Positions 47,517-61,130 of a stretch of 64,000 bases of DNA are shown here, piece after piece. Below the pieces are notes generated by a model. The model was given only the letters and a program-made list of their open reading frames with translations. It was not told the origin of the DNA and searched no databases. Source of the stretch: Macrostomum lignano (lineage: Eukaryota); assembly GCA_002269645.1 (NCBI GenBank), contig NIVC01003293.1:119012-183011 (forward strand). The letters run 5' to 3'. The position numbers and the translations under genes were made by a program. Every line of letters begins with the position of its first letter. Position 1 is the first letter of the stretch.

Positions 47517-48396
47517 AACTTCCCCTCGTAAGCCTTGGGGTTTCAGCAATTCCCTCCCATAAGCCTTGACATCTCAGCGATCCCCCCCCGAAGAGTCACA
47601 GCATTATAGAAATTTCCCCCAAGCCTTGGGATCTTAACAATTCCCAAATGAATATTTCATGTTCGACATGACGCTTCCTTTATGTTTGACATCGCTTCTT
47701 TTTGTTTTACATGAAGCTTCTTTTATTTTTGACATGACACTTCCCCTTCTATTTTTTACGTGACGCTTCTTTTATGATTTTTTCTTTTCCTTGAGTTTTT
47801 TTTTTCTCCCAAAATTTGAACCCAATTCGCTGCATTTGCAGTTTAGTCCACGGAATAAAAATATAATATATAAAATGCTCGTAAATAATGTATATTCTGC
47901 GGTTCCGTCTGTTTACGTCTAGGCTAGCTCTAATCCAACTGATGACATGAATTTTAGCAGTAAAAATAAAAATTCACATCAAGTTGGTTAGATCACAGAA
48001 ATCAGTAATGACGTGATCAATTTCTCAATCATTTAGTACGAATGTAAACATATGATACAGACAGATATGTATCAGTCTATTAAAGGTAAAAATATGGTTA
48101 CGCAATCTCAATCAAGTCCTGTGTTTTGCTTCCACATCGTGTTTTCAAACTGTTTTTTGAAAACCTTAAAACTTAAAACCTTAAAACATTAAAACCTGAT
48201 GCAATCCTTACCAGAATCAGAACTCAGTCAGTCAGTTTTTTTCTCTAGCATTCTTAAAATGCATTTTAAAGTCGAAAAGTCAGCTTGACCTTTGCAAAAA
48301 GCATGCTTTTTGAATAATTATTCCTTTATAAAAATTCATAAAGTTTAATAAAAATCGGTTGAGCCGTTTGTCAAATCAATCACATACCTAGGTACC

Positions 48397-48461
<65 letters not shown>

Positions 48462-48481
48462 AACATTTATAATATAGTGGA
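47517..48481 (-). mobile_element. Helitron-like element H3, 5' part (same family as H1/H2)
   Basis: Minus strand A|TCCACTATATTATAAATG, then (TC)n, aaacggctcaaccgattt, shared 5' region, tRNA-like remnant and a few 22-bp-like units. It abuts the LINE fragment at ~47516. Confidence 0.7.
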
Positions 48482-48585
48482 TGGAATTTAAAGATACGAT
48501 CGAGCGCACATTGTGTTCATATCTCTTGAAATTACGTTTCATTGTTTTGTTTTTATTGCAAATACCTTACCGCAATATCGCGCAG

Positions 48586-51500
48586 GAACTGTTTACATTC
48601 CAACTATCACTATTTAGGACATTCGTCAACCAAACCGTCTTGCCAAGCGGTTATGTTCCAGACGAAAAACACCTGCTGCTGGCTCTGATGTTCGACACCG
48701 GCATGACCAACTGGCGCCACCAGTCCTTCTGCATCCCCGGAACCCCGTGCCGATCCAGCTTTAACAAGGAAATCCTTAGCCAGGATAAAAGTTTTGGCCT
48801 CGTGGTAACTTACAAATGGAAGGATTCATTGCCTAAGGAGGTCAAGACAAAAAAATACAATGAAGATTGTCCAGTGCTATGCACAGGTAAGGCTTACATA
48901 TAGTGGCTGCGGCTAACACCAGCATTATGTTTTTACCCTAGCCCTCTTCCATAAACTGCATTCGCACGCATCGAAATCATTTGCAGCCATGACCTGCCCT
49001 AATCCGCACACTGATGACCAGCTGAATGAAAAGAATCTTATCTGCACCTCCTGGAACAGCAGTCGGACGGCAGCAGAGCTGCAACTCAGGAAGCTGCCGT
49101 TTCAGCAAATTGAGTACACCTGTGTGCCGAATTTCGTCTTTCTCGGTGCGGAGAGCAACACCAGCTTTGTCAGACGATGCACCCAGGTAAAAAATATACC
49201 CGCTATCTGATTCTTCTTTTAAATCCTGCTTCTAATCTTTAAACACATCCAGATTAGTTTCGTCTCGATACCAAAGTATCCCTTCGAAAATTGAGTTATG
49301 GATACGTGCACAGGAATATAAAGTTTACCTAGGCCAATAGAGAAAAACAGGTTCAGCGTCACCTATAGAGTGTCCTTTAAATTCTTCACTAGCTATATAA
49401 TAGGTAAATCAACTTTGAGGTTTGTCGAAAGTACCGCAAAACAATTAACGTTGCTACAAAGTTAACTTTTTTTGTTTTAACGCATCCACTAGCAATATTT
49501 GAAAAGCTGAACTAGTTGCGATAATGAAGCTTCGATAAAAAGTTTCGACTGCCGAGTTGATAGATAATTATAACAAAGGCATAAAAGAAGTCTACAGATG
49601 CCAGCATACTTACTTGACTTTGCTGTAGGGGGCTCCGCATAGTCAGCATAAGTCACTCATTTACGAGTAAAATCGAACGTGAAATTGCTTTGAGTGTTGC
49701 AATCCCCTATCGAGCTATTTATCGGAAACTTCTCAAATGCTTCACCATGCTGAATCATTTGCTTGTGAGGCACTTTTTGACAGTGACCGCCGGATTTCAA
49801 CGACCCCCAGGTCAATTCGATTATCGATGGGAGGCAGATCGGAGTATCATCAGAGTATCCAGACTCAGCCAGAGGATCTGCAAGCCAATTGATTAATTCA
49901 CCCAGTCCGGAGACCATCTAGACGCTCGTTTAAGCTCAGCTCAGAGTTTCGTTCTCATTTATTACTCATCACTCCATTGAATCTGCTCTCGGGAAGGTGC
50001 GGCGGAATGGATGCATTATGATATATGAAATCCATTTCGTCTTCGATATTTAGCTTAAAGCTGACGCAGACATTCAGATATCTCACTGTCGTTGTATCTA
50101 GGTCTTAATCATGAGAAAATTACAGTATAAGATCCCGGATGCGATCTGATTCTTTTTCTGGAATAGATTGCTTGCGGCTCTGATGTTCCTGCGGTGGAGT
50201 CAAAGCAGTGCCTGTGGGGGGAGACGAGGGACAGCAGTGGGAGTTGCCGGCAGTCGGGCGCGTCAGCCCCCTCTCCCTGTGCTGTGATTAGACGTCAGCC
50301 ACTGGTTAATCCGAGTGGTGACAACGGCGGTGGGGATGGGGGCAATAGGCAGGGTACCAGTAAAAGACCCGGTCGAGCCAGCCTTGGCCAGGCCATCGGC
50401 CAGCTTCTTGCCGAGGTGATCCGAGTGCCCGGGATCCACCTAAGAAACACCTTTTTGGAGGCGATTAAGTGGTTAAGCTGCGTGATACAGTCGAGGACTA
50501 TGCGCGAGCAAGTGGTGTTGCGCCCAAGGTCATGGATCGCCGGAGAGTGGAGGGTAATCTCCTTCCCTCATACATGCTGATTGTACTGTACAGCTCTATG
50601 ATTCAGGAGCAGATAGCGAGAATGTCGCTCTGACGGTAAAGGAAATGCCGGTGGGCTGGGAGAAGGTCGCCACGATGCTCCCTCCAGCCACGATGCAGAA
50701 GCCGTAGCCAGATGTGGAGCTGATTTGAGACCCGTCAGTGAAGCAGCGGATTTCACGGGGTTGCCAGTTGTTCCTTGATTAGTGGCATAGTGGAATGCAG
50801 CCGTGGGAGATTTCTCAAGAGTAGCCGACGCCCGGAGTCCGCCCATTTGTCAGATGTCTCAACTCCTCTGCGGTATTCGCAGAGTTGTCGACACCCTCAG
50901 AGGTAGCAGATGAGGCAGCTTCCGTTCTTCTCTGTTCTTGAGCTTTTTTCTCTGGCGGAATTTCTGCAAGCGGGTGATGCTACGGGCCTTCTTTTTGGAG
51001 ATTTGACGCCGGCTACTCTCTGTTGTCCATCGACTTTAGTATTTTACTGAGAGGCGGCAGGGTTGTTGGAATCAGATGACGAATTGGGGTTAAGATGAGG
51101 GACAGCAGGGCCGTAATTCTAAAGCCAACAGCCAGCAACCGGGGTTGGCTGGAGTCCATGCCAGCACGACCGCTAGCACCCGAGAAACTCCTCGGCTAGG
51201 ATCCCGACTTGAAAAAACCAGAGGCTGAACCAAATATCACGATACTACATAGGCCCCCTGAGAGAGAAAGGGAGGCTGTCTCCAAAGCATGCAGACAACC
51301 TACATACCCCAATTCGGACGGAGCCACTGGATGCATTGCCAGCGCCGGACCCCAGTCTGTCCAGCAGCCCTAGGGTCTGCCTAGACAGCTTGGAGAGGTG
51401 TCTGTAATGCAGTATTCCCATCAGCCTTGTCCTGCTCCTACTATATATAGAAAGAGACGTGAAGCATCGCAGACCAGAGCCCGTAGACCCACTTTGTCTT

Positions 51501-54500
51501 ATAGTTCGTAATTCACATGCATGCTGGAATGCCAATGCAAGCGCTGTGTATGCACATAAGAAACAAAAATCTTACGCTCTAAGGGCAATAATTTGTTGCA
51601 AAAAATTGAATTTAGTCCATCACAAAATTAACAACTAAACTAACTGCCAAATAAAAGCACAAAAACCTATTTTTTTTAAACAGGATGCGGTGTGGGACAG
51701 TGGAATCCCGACCTGCGTGTCGCTGCCGTGCACTCAGATGCCCGTCTATCCAAACGAAACAGCCGTCATAAAAAGCTTTACATTCAGAAGCGTCACTTAC
51801 AATTTTGCTGATGGCCAGCTTCTTGTGCACCTCTTGTCGAATGGAACCTTTCGTCCAGGCGACAAGATCGAGATCGAGTGCAAATTGGGGTTTACAGGCT
51901 CCAGCCAGACCGCCTCCTGCATGCCTGGCGGAAGCTGGAGCCCCGTCACCATGGACTGCAGCCCCGGATACTGCGGCGGCGTCTCCGTCCCTCCGACGGT
52001 GGCCAACTCGCAGGCCAACGCCACCCTCGGAAACACCTCCTGGGAGGGCGCCAGCCTCGCCTTCACCTGCAACACAAACTACAGCGTCGGCGGCCTCCCC
52101 AACGGATCTGTCAGCTTCGTCATCAGCTGCATCAACAGCAGCTGGACCTCGTTCGCCCACCTGAACTGTCGACCGACCGCCTGCTCGAGTCTGCCGCCGG
52201 GACTGGGAAACTCCAGCCTGTACAGCTCGCTGAACCTCGAGCAGGAGCTGCAGACGGGTCTGCCGGCTTCAGGAGTGCAGGTCGACGACAGCCTCAGCTA
52301 CGAGTGTCGGCCCGGCTTCGTTCGGACGACGCAGAACCGGCGATTGAGCATCTTCTGCAGGCTGGGAGACCGCTGGGAGCCGGACGTTCCCGGTCCGTGC
52401 CAGCTGCTCAACTGCTCACAGCCGGATGCCATCGTGCTGCAGCCTCAGGCTGCTCGCATGACCGTCATCAATGCATCGTTCAACTTTGCTAACAGCTCGC
52501 ACCTGCCCTACACAAGTTTGGTGCGGCTGAGCTGCGAGGAGCCGTACTTTGCCATGCCGGGCAGCAGCGAGCTGGCCGTGTGCGGACTGTCAGACGGAGA
52601 TCCGCCTGCGGCAGTGTGGCGCAGCGTCGGCTCAAATGTGGCCTTCAGCTGCCGCAGTAAGCAGCTTGTCATTATTGCTTCTAATCCGAAACTTGGAGTG
52701 GTGGCTTGCAAAAGAATGTACACCAATCTGGGCAATCTAGTTATAGATACCGGTTTTATAATATTTGTATTAAACTGCCATCATTTTTAATAACAAGCCA
52801 TCTCCGAATCTTTTGTAGAGCACTGCAACAACAGTCTCTTGGCGCAGCTGGTGGGATTCGGACTCGTCGACTTCCCCACCAGCTCCTACACGGATCCCGA
52901 CCGAGTTGCCAACGTCACCTGCCTTTCGAACGCCTTCGCTCCGCTGGCGGCGAACGTCAGTCTACAGAGCGACTCGCAGTTCCTCCTACAGGCGGTCTGC
53001 ACTGCCGGTGACTGGACGGTGCTCAACCAGCTGCTGCTGCCGACATCGGAGACTCTGTGCCAGCCGAAGCCCTGTCTGTTGCCTACCAACCTGAGTCGAT
53101 CTACAGCCGTGCCCAGCAACAACCTGGGAAACGTGACTACGGGAGACGGTCAGGTGTACCTGCCAGTGAACAGCAGCGTGGAAGTGAGGTGCTGGCCCAA
53201 CAGCCGCTTCGTGGACGCGTACGCGAGCTCTCGGACGGCGACATGTGAAGCAGGTTTGATTTTTCTCATTTTTGCTGCTAAATCTGGTTGCTAGCTCGTA
53301 TAATTTTTCATCAAAATTTGTATCATTTAGGAATTTAATAGACAAATGTACTCGTAATAGCTCGTATATAGGATTCTTTAAATTTTCAATGCCAACTATT
53401 ACCTTACCTGATTCTTGAAATCGAATAATCAATTTACTGATAGTTTATAGAAGTGCTTTTCGTGTGGATAAATAAAAATCGCCTAGGAATGACATGAGCA
53501 ATTGGCAGGACAATTACCAGACAAACAAGTAAGCAACTAACCCAGGCACATGAAATAAATTAACAACGCATATTTCTCAGGCCCCCAGTGGAGCACAGAT
53601 GGCTCCATGAACTGCCAGCCGATCGTCTGTCTGGACAGCCAATTTGGTCCTAAAATGGATCCCAGCATTCTGGTCGGTCCTCTGAACGCCTCCATCCTGG
53701 CCGAGTCTGCGACCGGGCCGTTCCTCATCGGAGACCAGGTGGCCTTCGCGTGCCGGGAGAACATCTCACAATCAGGTCCCGTTCTGCTCAACTGCACCGC
53801 TGATTTGAACTTCACGGGCATTTGGCAGCCGAATGCTGTAGAGCCTTTCTGTCCAAGTAATTTAATGCTATGTGCGTTGATCAGAGAAGAGTCTTTTTAT
53901 TATCAAACGCTCTTATGCGCAACAAATGTAAACAATCCACAGGACACTGCAGCAACAGTCAGTTAGATCAGACTACGGGAGACGGTCAGGTGTACCTGCC
54001 AGTGAACAGCACCGTGGAAGTGAGGTGCTGGCCCAACAGCCGTTTTGTGGACGCGTACGCGAGCTCACGGACGAAGACATGCGAGCTAGGTCTGATTCGA
54101 TCGTTATGGAAATATTTTTCTTTGCCAGTTCTTTAAGCTCCGAGGGCAGTTTCGAATCTAAAACTCCAGCTAAACGGGCGACTTTATCCTGAGTTTCTGG
54201 GATTAATTATTTGTAAATCTAGGTCATTGAAATTTTAAAACCGTACCTCACGAATCTCATCTGCAGGACTTTGACAGAGCGCGTGCGTAAGGGTGTACGT
54301 AGCATTACCGAAATAAAAAGCAATAAGTTAGGAATCACGAACATAATTCGCCCTAAATGATAAAGATTTTAACTGTGTACTCGAATTAAGTTTAAATGAA
54401 AATTAGAAATAGCTTCGAAATGAAATGAATCAGATGATTAACTGGCAAGCCAAATACCAGACAAACGAATAAGCAACTAACCCAGGCCCATCAAATACCA

Positions 54501-55968
54501 GAGAATTAACAACGTATATTTCCCAGGACCTCAGTGGAGCGCAGGAGGCTCCATGAACTGCCAGCCGATCGTCTGTCCGGACAGCCAATTTGGTCCTGAA
54601 ATCGATCCTAGCATTCTGGTCGGTCCTCTGAACGCCTCCATCCTAGCCGAGTCTGCGACCGGGCCGTTCCTCATCGGAGACCAGGTGGCCTTCGCGTGCC
54701 GGGAGAACGTCTCACAATCAGGTCCCGTTCTGCTCAACTGCACCGCTGATTCGAACTTCACGGGCATTTGGCAGCCGAATGCTGCAGAGCGTTTCTGTCC
54801 AAGTAATTTAATGCTATGTGTGTTGATTAGAGAAGAGTCTTTTTATTATCAAACGCTCTTATGCGCAACAAATGTAAACAATCCACAGGACACTGCAGCA
54901 ACAGTCAGTTAGATCAGCTTGTGGGCTATGGACAGGCGGTCTTCTACAGCAGTCCCAACACCGGGTCAAATCACTCTGCCAACGTCACCTGCTTTTTGAG
55001 TGCTTTCGCTCCGCTTGTGAACAGCAGCATGTACGGCGGCTCCCAGTTCTCAATGCAGGCGGTCTGCAACGATGGAAACTGGACGGTGCTTAACCAGCTG
55101 CTGCTGCCGACATCGGAGACTCTGTGCCAGCCGAAGCCCTGTCTGTTGCCTACCAACCTGACTCGATCTACAGCCGTTCCCAGCAACAACCTGGGAAACG
55201 TGACTACGGGAGACGGTCAGGTGTACCTGCCAGTGAACAGCACCGTGGAAGTGAGGTGCTGGTCCAACAGCCGTTTTGTGGACGCGTACGCGAGCTCACG
55301 GACGGCGACATGCGAGCTAGGTAAGATTAGTGTTTCGGTTTGAGTCGTATTTTTATAACGATGTCCTTCAATTTTATTGTTTTATTCAAACCGTTAAAAT
55401 GTGAACAGGTGTGATGTCTTGAATATAATAGCAAAGAGGGTTGGACCGTTCTAGTGCAGCATTTCTCAATCTAGGCCGAATTTTGGATATCAGAAGCAGC
55501 GAAGTTGTTTGATCCAAGCGACTGAAAGGCCCGCGAATTGAATATCCGCAGGTTGAGCAGCAGGAGACATGCGAAATATGAATACAATATATTTTATCGC
55601 TTTTTCTGTGTAAGGTGTTTGCTTATACACATACGCTTATACTGATATGCATACAACTTGTAAATCTAAAGGAACGTGCAAAATTATCCCAGGGCCTCAT
55701 TTGAGCGCCGGCGGCTCCATGAACTGCCAGCCGATCGTCTGTCCGGACAGTCACTTCGGTCCCGGAATCGATCCTAGCATTCTGGTCGGTCCTCTGAACG
55801 CCTCCGTTCTGGCCGAGTCTGCGACAGGGCCGTTCCTCATCGGAGACCAGGTGGTCTTCGCGTGCCAGGAGAACGTCTCCTCTTCGGGCTCAGTGCTGCT
55901 CAACTGCGCGGCTGCACCGAATTTCACAGCCGTTTGGCAGCCGAGCTTAAGTCCACCGTATTGCCCAG
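48586..55968 (+). CDS. Secreted or membrane sushi/CCP-repeat glycoprotein, partial model
   Basis: Exons 48586(?)-48887, 48987-49186, 51684-52656, 52819-53253, 53581-53856, 53943-54089, 54527-54802, 54889-55320, 55693-55968 with matching phases. The 49186/51684 join completes a CCP module (YTCVPNF...RRCTQ|DAVWDSGIPTC). CCP-like CKLGFTGSSQTASCMPGGSWSPVTMDC. Very many N-x-S/T sites. Both ends unresolved. Confidence 0.75.
50130..50570 (-). mobile_element. Degenerate LINE RNase H fragment in a sushi-gene intron
   Basis: Minus strand CSRIVLDCITQLNHLIASKKVFLRWIPG / HSDHLGKKLADGLAKAGS, split by a frameshift. Confidence 0.65.
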
Positions 55969-57120
55969 GTGAGTGTTTTGATGCTGCTCGGAGATAATTA
56001 AGGCAATTGCAGGTAAGTTAAGCGCTGGTAAGTGCAGAGGAGCAAATGAATTTATTGTTTCTAGATAAGTTATGCAATAAGAGCCAAAACTTGTGGAAAG
56101 GATCAAGATGTCCTAGTTAGTGCTGCTAGTGCTCTAGGGTTTCATCCGTGGTCATTAATCTCACGCAGCTTTCAGTCTCATTATCCTCATCTCGTTGAAT
56201 CTAACAATTCCTGTTTGCCTGGTTATCTAGCTCTCGGCTTTGTTTGTGCAACACTCAGGAATGAGATACCGCAGACTACCAGACACTATTGCAACATTTG
56301 CGGATATTTAACCAATATTTGGTCGCATTTACTATTTTTCCCTCTGCTCCTCTGCTGTTTGCTGTTGGCGTCGTGCTGATTGTAACAAAATTGAAATCAT
56401 TATGCAGAATAATCATTGCATTAACTAAGCTTTGTTTTCGTTACTTCTGACTCTGTAAGCTTTCTACACGATATTTTACAGAATTGTAATTACTGTTCAC
56501 TGGGATTTTTATTGAGGACATAAACTACTTTCTTTTGACAACCAGTCTTTCAATAAAATGCATCCTTTTAGTGCTAATCCAAATAACCTATTTATTGACA
56601 AGCAAGTCTTGGGGCAGCAGATACATGTACTTGTTTGTTTAACCAATAACATTTGAATGCGCAATTTTCTTCCCGTTTTGAATGCTTCAGCTCTAAACTT
56701 TATTTGAATACTTTTTTTTTAATTACAATATCCAAAAAGCCGAGGTTCAAACATTAGATGTCTCTACTAGCAATCTAGCGCCCCCCTTCGGGGTGGCCAA
56801 TAAGCAAGGGACGAATCCTTTAAAATGAAAAAAAATTCTTAGGGAGGGGGGCTAGGAATCGAATTCTCATTTTAATTCCAGGCTTATGTACCAATAAAAC
56901 ATGTTTGTGCAGAATTTTATAACAGACATTGAAATTCAACCATACTTGCCTTCTTTCAGAGCTACTTCTACCAGTATGCTTCAGTACGCTACCAGTACCC
57001 GTGTAAGCCTTGACATGTCAGCAATCCCCCCCCCCACAAGCCTTAACATATCAACTCCCCCCTTGACATCTCAGCGATGCTCCCATAAGCCTTGAAATCT
57101 TAAAAAATCTGTCTACTTTC

Positions 57121-57183
57121 TAACCCTAACCCTAACCCTAACCCTAACCCTAACCCTAACCCTAACCCTAACCCTAACCCTAA
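57121..57183. repeat. (TAACCC)10 telomeric-type tract inside H2
   Basis: Ten perfect units. The paralogous position in the next copy (61883-61925) has ~7 units. Confidence 0.95.
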
Positions 57184-58129
57184 AGCATTGAAATTTCAGT
57201 AATTCTCTCTAAGAGTCTATAGCACTACTACAGCATTAAAGCGATTCCCTGCAAGCCTCGACATCGTAGGGATTCCCAAATGAATCTCTTAACTTCGACA
57301 TGAAGCTTCTTTTTTTTACATTACGCTTTTTCTATCAGCGATCCCTCCCGTGAGGAGCCAACAAATAATGTAATAACTTTTTTCCAATAAACTACATGTA
57401 GCTTCTGACATTAGCCTTGACATCTCATTTATTCCCCCGTGAGCCTTGACATCTCAGCTATAGATAGATAGATAGATAGATTCCCCTCGTAAGCCTTGAC
57501 ATGTCAGCGATGCCCCCCATAAACCTTGAAATCTAAAAAATCCCCTGTTAACCTTGAAACGCGCTAAAATCTAACCCTCAACCCAAACCTGACGTAAACC
57601 TAACTTTTACCCAACCTAAAGCCTTGAAATCACAGCAATTCTTCTTCCCTAAGCCTTGGCATTTAAGTGATTCCTTCTTTAAGAATCACAGCACTATAAC
57701 GATTCCCTCCAAGCTTTGACATCGTAGCAATTCCCAAATGAATCTTTTAACTTTGACATGACTTTTATTTTATGTATACATAGTGCTCCTTTTATTTTTA
57801 CATGACTCTTCTTCTATCAGCGCCCCCCCCCCACCGTGGCAAGCCAACAAAGAATGCAATAAAAAAACTTAAGTAAAGTACATGTACTTTGAAGTAGCTT
57901 CTGACTTTTGCTTTAACATCTCAGAAACCCCCTGTAATCTCAGTTATTCTCTGTGAGCCTTGACGTCTCAGTGATTCTCCCCAGCACAGCACTATAGCTT
58001 CATTTAATTTTTATGACACTTGTTTCATGTCTGACATGACGCTTATTTTGATTTTTACGTTACGCTTCTTTTATTCTTCCATGATGCTTCTTAATTTTTT
58101 AAAAGACACACTTTCATTAGTTTTTATAT

Positions 58130-59265
58130 GAGGCTTCTATGATTTTTTCATGACGCTTCTATGCTAACATGACGCTTCTATGCTTGTTTACATGACGCTT
58201 TTATGATTGTTTACATGACGCTTTTATGATTGTTTACATGACGCTTCTATGATTGTTTACATGACGCTTGTATGATTGTTTACATGACGCTTCTATGATT
58301 TTTTACATGACGCTTCTATGATTTTTACATGACGCTACTATGATTTTTACATGACGCTTCTATGATTTTTTCATGACGCTTCTATGATTTTTACATGACG
58401 CTTCTATGATTTTTACATGACGCTTCTATGATTTTTTACATGACGCTTCTATGATTGTTTACATGACGCTTCTATGATTGTTTACATGACGCTTCTATGA
58501 TTTTTAAGACGCTTTTATGATTTTAACATGACGCTTCTATGATTTTTTACATGACGCTTCTATGATTGTTTACATGACGCTTGTATGATTGTTTACATGA
58601 CGCTTTATGATTTTAACATGACGCTTCTATGATTGTTTACATGACGCTTCTATGATTTTTACATGACGCTTCTATGATTTTTACATGACGCTTCTATGAT
58701 TTTTTCATGACGCTTCTATGATTTTTACATGACGCTTCTATGATTTTTACATGACGCTTCTATGATTTTTTACATGACGCTTCTATGATTGTTTACATGA
58801 CGCTTCTATGATTGTTTACATGACGCTTCTATGATTGTTTACATGACGCTTTTATGATTGTTTAAATGACGCTTCTATGATTTTTACATGACGCTTCTAT
58901 GATTGTTTACATGACGCTTCTATGATTGTTTACATGACGCTTCTATGATTGTTTACATGACGCTTGTATGATTGTTTACATGACGCTTCTATGATTTTTT
59001 ATGACGCTTTTATGATTTTAACATGACGCTTCTATGATTTTTTACATGACGCTTCTATGATTGTTTACATGACGCTTGTATGATTGTTTACATGACGCTT
59101 GTATGATTTTAACATGACTCTTCTATGATTGTTTGCATGACGCTTTTATGATTTTAACATGACGCTTCTATGATTGTTTACATGACGCTTCTATGATTGT
59201 TTACATGACGCTTCTATGATTGTTTACATGACGCTTGTATGATTGTTTACATGACGCTTCCATAA
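58130..59265. repeat. 21-22-bp satellite (catgacgcttctatgattgttta)
   Basis: Direct reading. A second array runs ~62825-64000. Confidence 0.97.
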
Positions 59266-59685
59266 TTTTTTTTGTCTTGGCGTTAAAAAGCTTTAATTAA
59301 AAAAACTCTACTCTCTAAAAATTCGAACCATCGTCCCTGCATTTAGCAGTTTAGTCTGTTTACCTCTAGGCTAGCTCTCATGAATTTTAGTCATTACCCC
59401 TAAATAGAAAATATTCCCAAGACAGCAAGCATCCCCCAGTAGCAAGCATCCCCTAATACTCCTAGCAAGCATCCACCCAGATAGCAAGCATCTGCAGATA
59501 GCAAGCATCTGCAGATAGCAAGCATCTTGCAGATAGCAAGCATCTTGCAGATAGCAAGCATACCCCAAATAATGTAGAAGCATCGTTCCAGATAGCAAGC
59601 ATCCTGCACATAGCAAGAATCCCTAAATAGCAAGCATCCCTGGATAGAAATAATCCTATACATGTAGCCAAGCTTATCAAGCGCA

Positions 59686-61007
59686 GTAATCCTTGGCTAT
59701 CGAGTGCAGTAATCCTTGGTTTATTAATAGCAATAATCCATGGCTTATGAGTGCAGTAATCCTTGGTTTATTAATAGCAATAATCCTTGGCTTATCGAGT
59801 GCAGTAATCCTTGGTTTATTAATAGCAATAATCCATGCCTTATCGAGTGCAGTAATCCTTGGTTTATTAATAGCAATAATCCTTGGCTTATCGAGTGCAG
59901 TAATCCTTGGTTTATTAATAGCAATAATCCTTGGCTTATCGAGTGCAGTAATCCTTGGTTTATTAATAGCAATAATCCTTGATTAATCAAGTGCAGTAAT
60001 CCTTGGTTTGCCAAGAGCAATAGTCCTTGGTTTATTGAGTGCAGTAATCCTTGGTTTATTAATAGCAATAATCCTTGGCTTATCGAGTGCAGTAATCCTT
60101 GGTTTGCCAAGTGCATAATCCTTGGTTTATTAATAGCAATAATCCTTGGCTTATCGAGTGCAGTAATCCTTGGTTTATTAATAGCAATAATCCATGGCTT
60201 ATCGAGTGCAGTAATCCTTGGTTTATTAATAGCAATAATCCATGGCTTATCGAGTGCAGTAATCCTTGGTTTGCCAAGAGCAATAGTCCTTGGCTTATCG
60301 AGTGCAGTAATCCTTGGTTTGCCAAGAGCAATAGTCCTTGGTTTATTGAGTGCAGTAATCCTTGGTTTATTAATAGCAATAGTCCTTGGTTTATTGAGTG
60401 CAGTAATCCGTGGTTTATTAATAGCAATAATCCTTGGCTTATCGAGTGCAGTAATCCTTGGTTTGCCAAGTGCATAATCCTTGGTTTATTAATAGCAATA
60501 GTCCTTGGTTTATCGAGTGCAGTAATCCTTGGTTTATTAATAGCAATAATCCTTGGCTTATCGAGTGCAGTAATCCTTGGTTTATTAATAGCAATAATCC
60601 ATGGCTTATCGAGTGCAGTAATCCTTGGTTTGCCAAGAGCAATAGTCCTTGGCTTATCGAGTGCAGTAATCCTTGGTTTGCCAAGAGCAATAGTCCTTGG
60701 TTTATTGAGTGCAGTAATCCTTGGTTTATTAATAGCAATAATCCTTGGCTTATCGAGTGCAGTAATCCTTGGTTTGCCAAGAGCAATAGTCCTTGGTTTA
60801 TTGAGTGCAGTAATCCTTGGTTTATTAATAGCAATAGTCCTTGGTTTATTGAGTGCAGTAATCCTTGGTTTATTAATAGCAATAATCCTTGGCTTATCGA
60901 GTGCAGTAATCCTTGGTTTATTAATAGCAATAATCCTTGGCTTATCGAGTGCAGTATTCCTTGGTTTGCCAAGAGCAATAATCCTTAGCTTATCGAGTGC
61001 AGTAATC
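59686..61007. repeat. 48-bp satellite made of two related 24-mers
   Basis: gagtgcagtaatccttggtttatt + aatagcaataatccttggcttatc, with ttgccaagagcaatagt variants. Confidence 0.95.
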
Positions 61008-61064
61008 TAAGTGTTTTTATTTAGTCCTTTAATAAAAGCTTTTAATAAAAAATTTTACACTACT

Positions 61065-61130
61065 ACTTAGATTCGAACCCAGGTCACTGCATTAGCAGTC
61101 TGGTCTGTTCTGCTCTAGGCTAGCTCTCAT
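61065..61130 (-). other. tRNA-like (Pol III A/B box) module inside the Helitron-like family
   Basis: gagagc-TAGCCTAGA...cagaCTGCTAAtgcag tgacctgGGTTCGAATC. Homologs at ~36690-36752(+), 39498-39520(+, B box only), ~59315-59380(-) and ~47815-47930(-, split). Confidence 0.65.

Noticed and set aside
45669-48887. ADAM-prodomain/sushi chimeric gene
   Set aside because: ADAM-D exon 2 ends in phase 2 whereas the best acceptor at 48586 is phase 0, and an assembly gap lies between them.
49690-49960. Possible CR1/L2 APE endonuclease relic (AIYRK, DFNDP, DHLD)
   Set aside because: The motifs are partial and in different frames; too weak to list as a feature.
56947-57005. Next exon of the sushi gene
   Set aside because: There are AG/GT candidates, but the peptide has no recognisable similarity and it lies inside the H2 element.
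59693-61010. Repetitive ORFs (ECSNPWFINSNNPWLI, LGLLIAII...) suggesting a repeat or membrane protein
   Set aside because: A 48-bp satellite inside a Helitron-like element, open in several frames because the unit lacks stops. No splice context.
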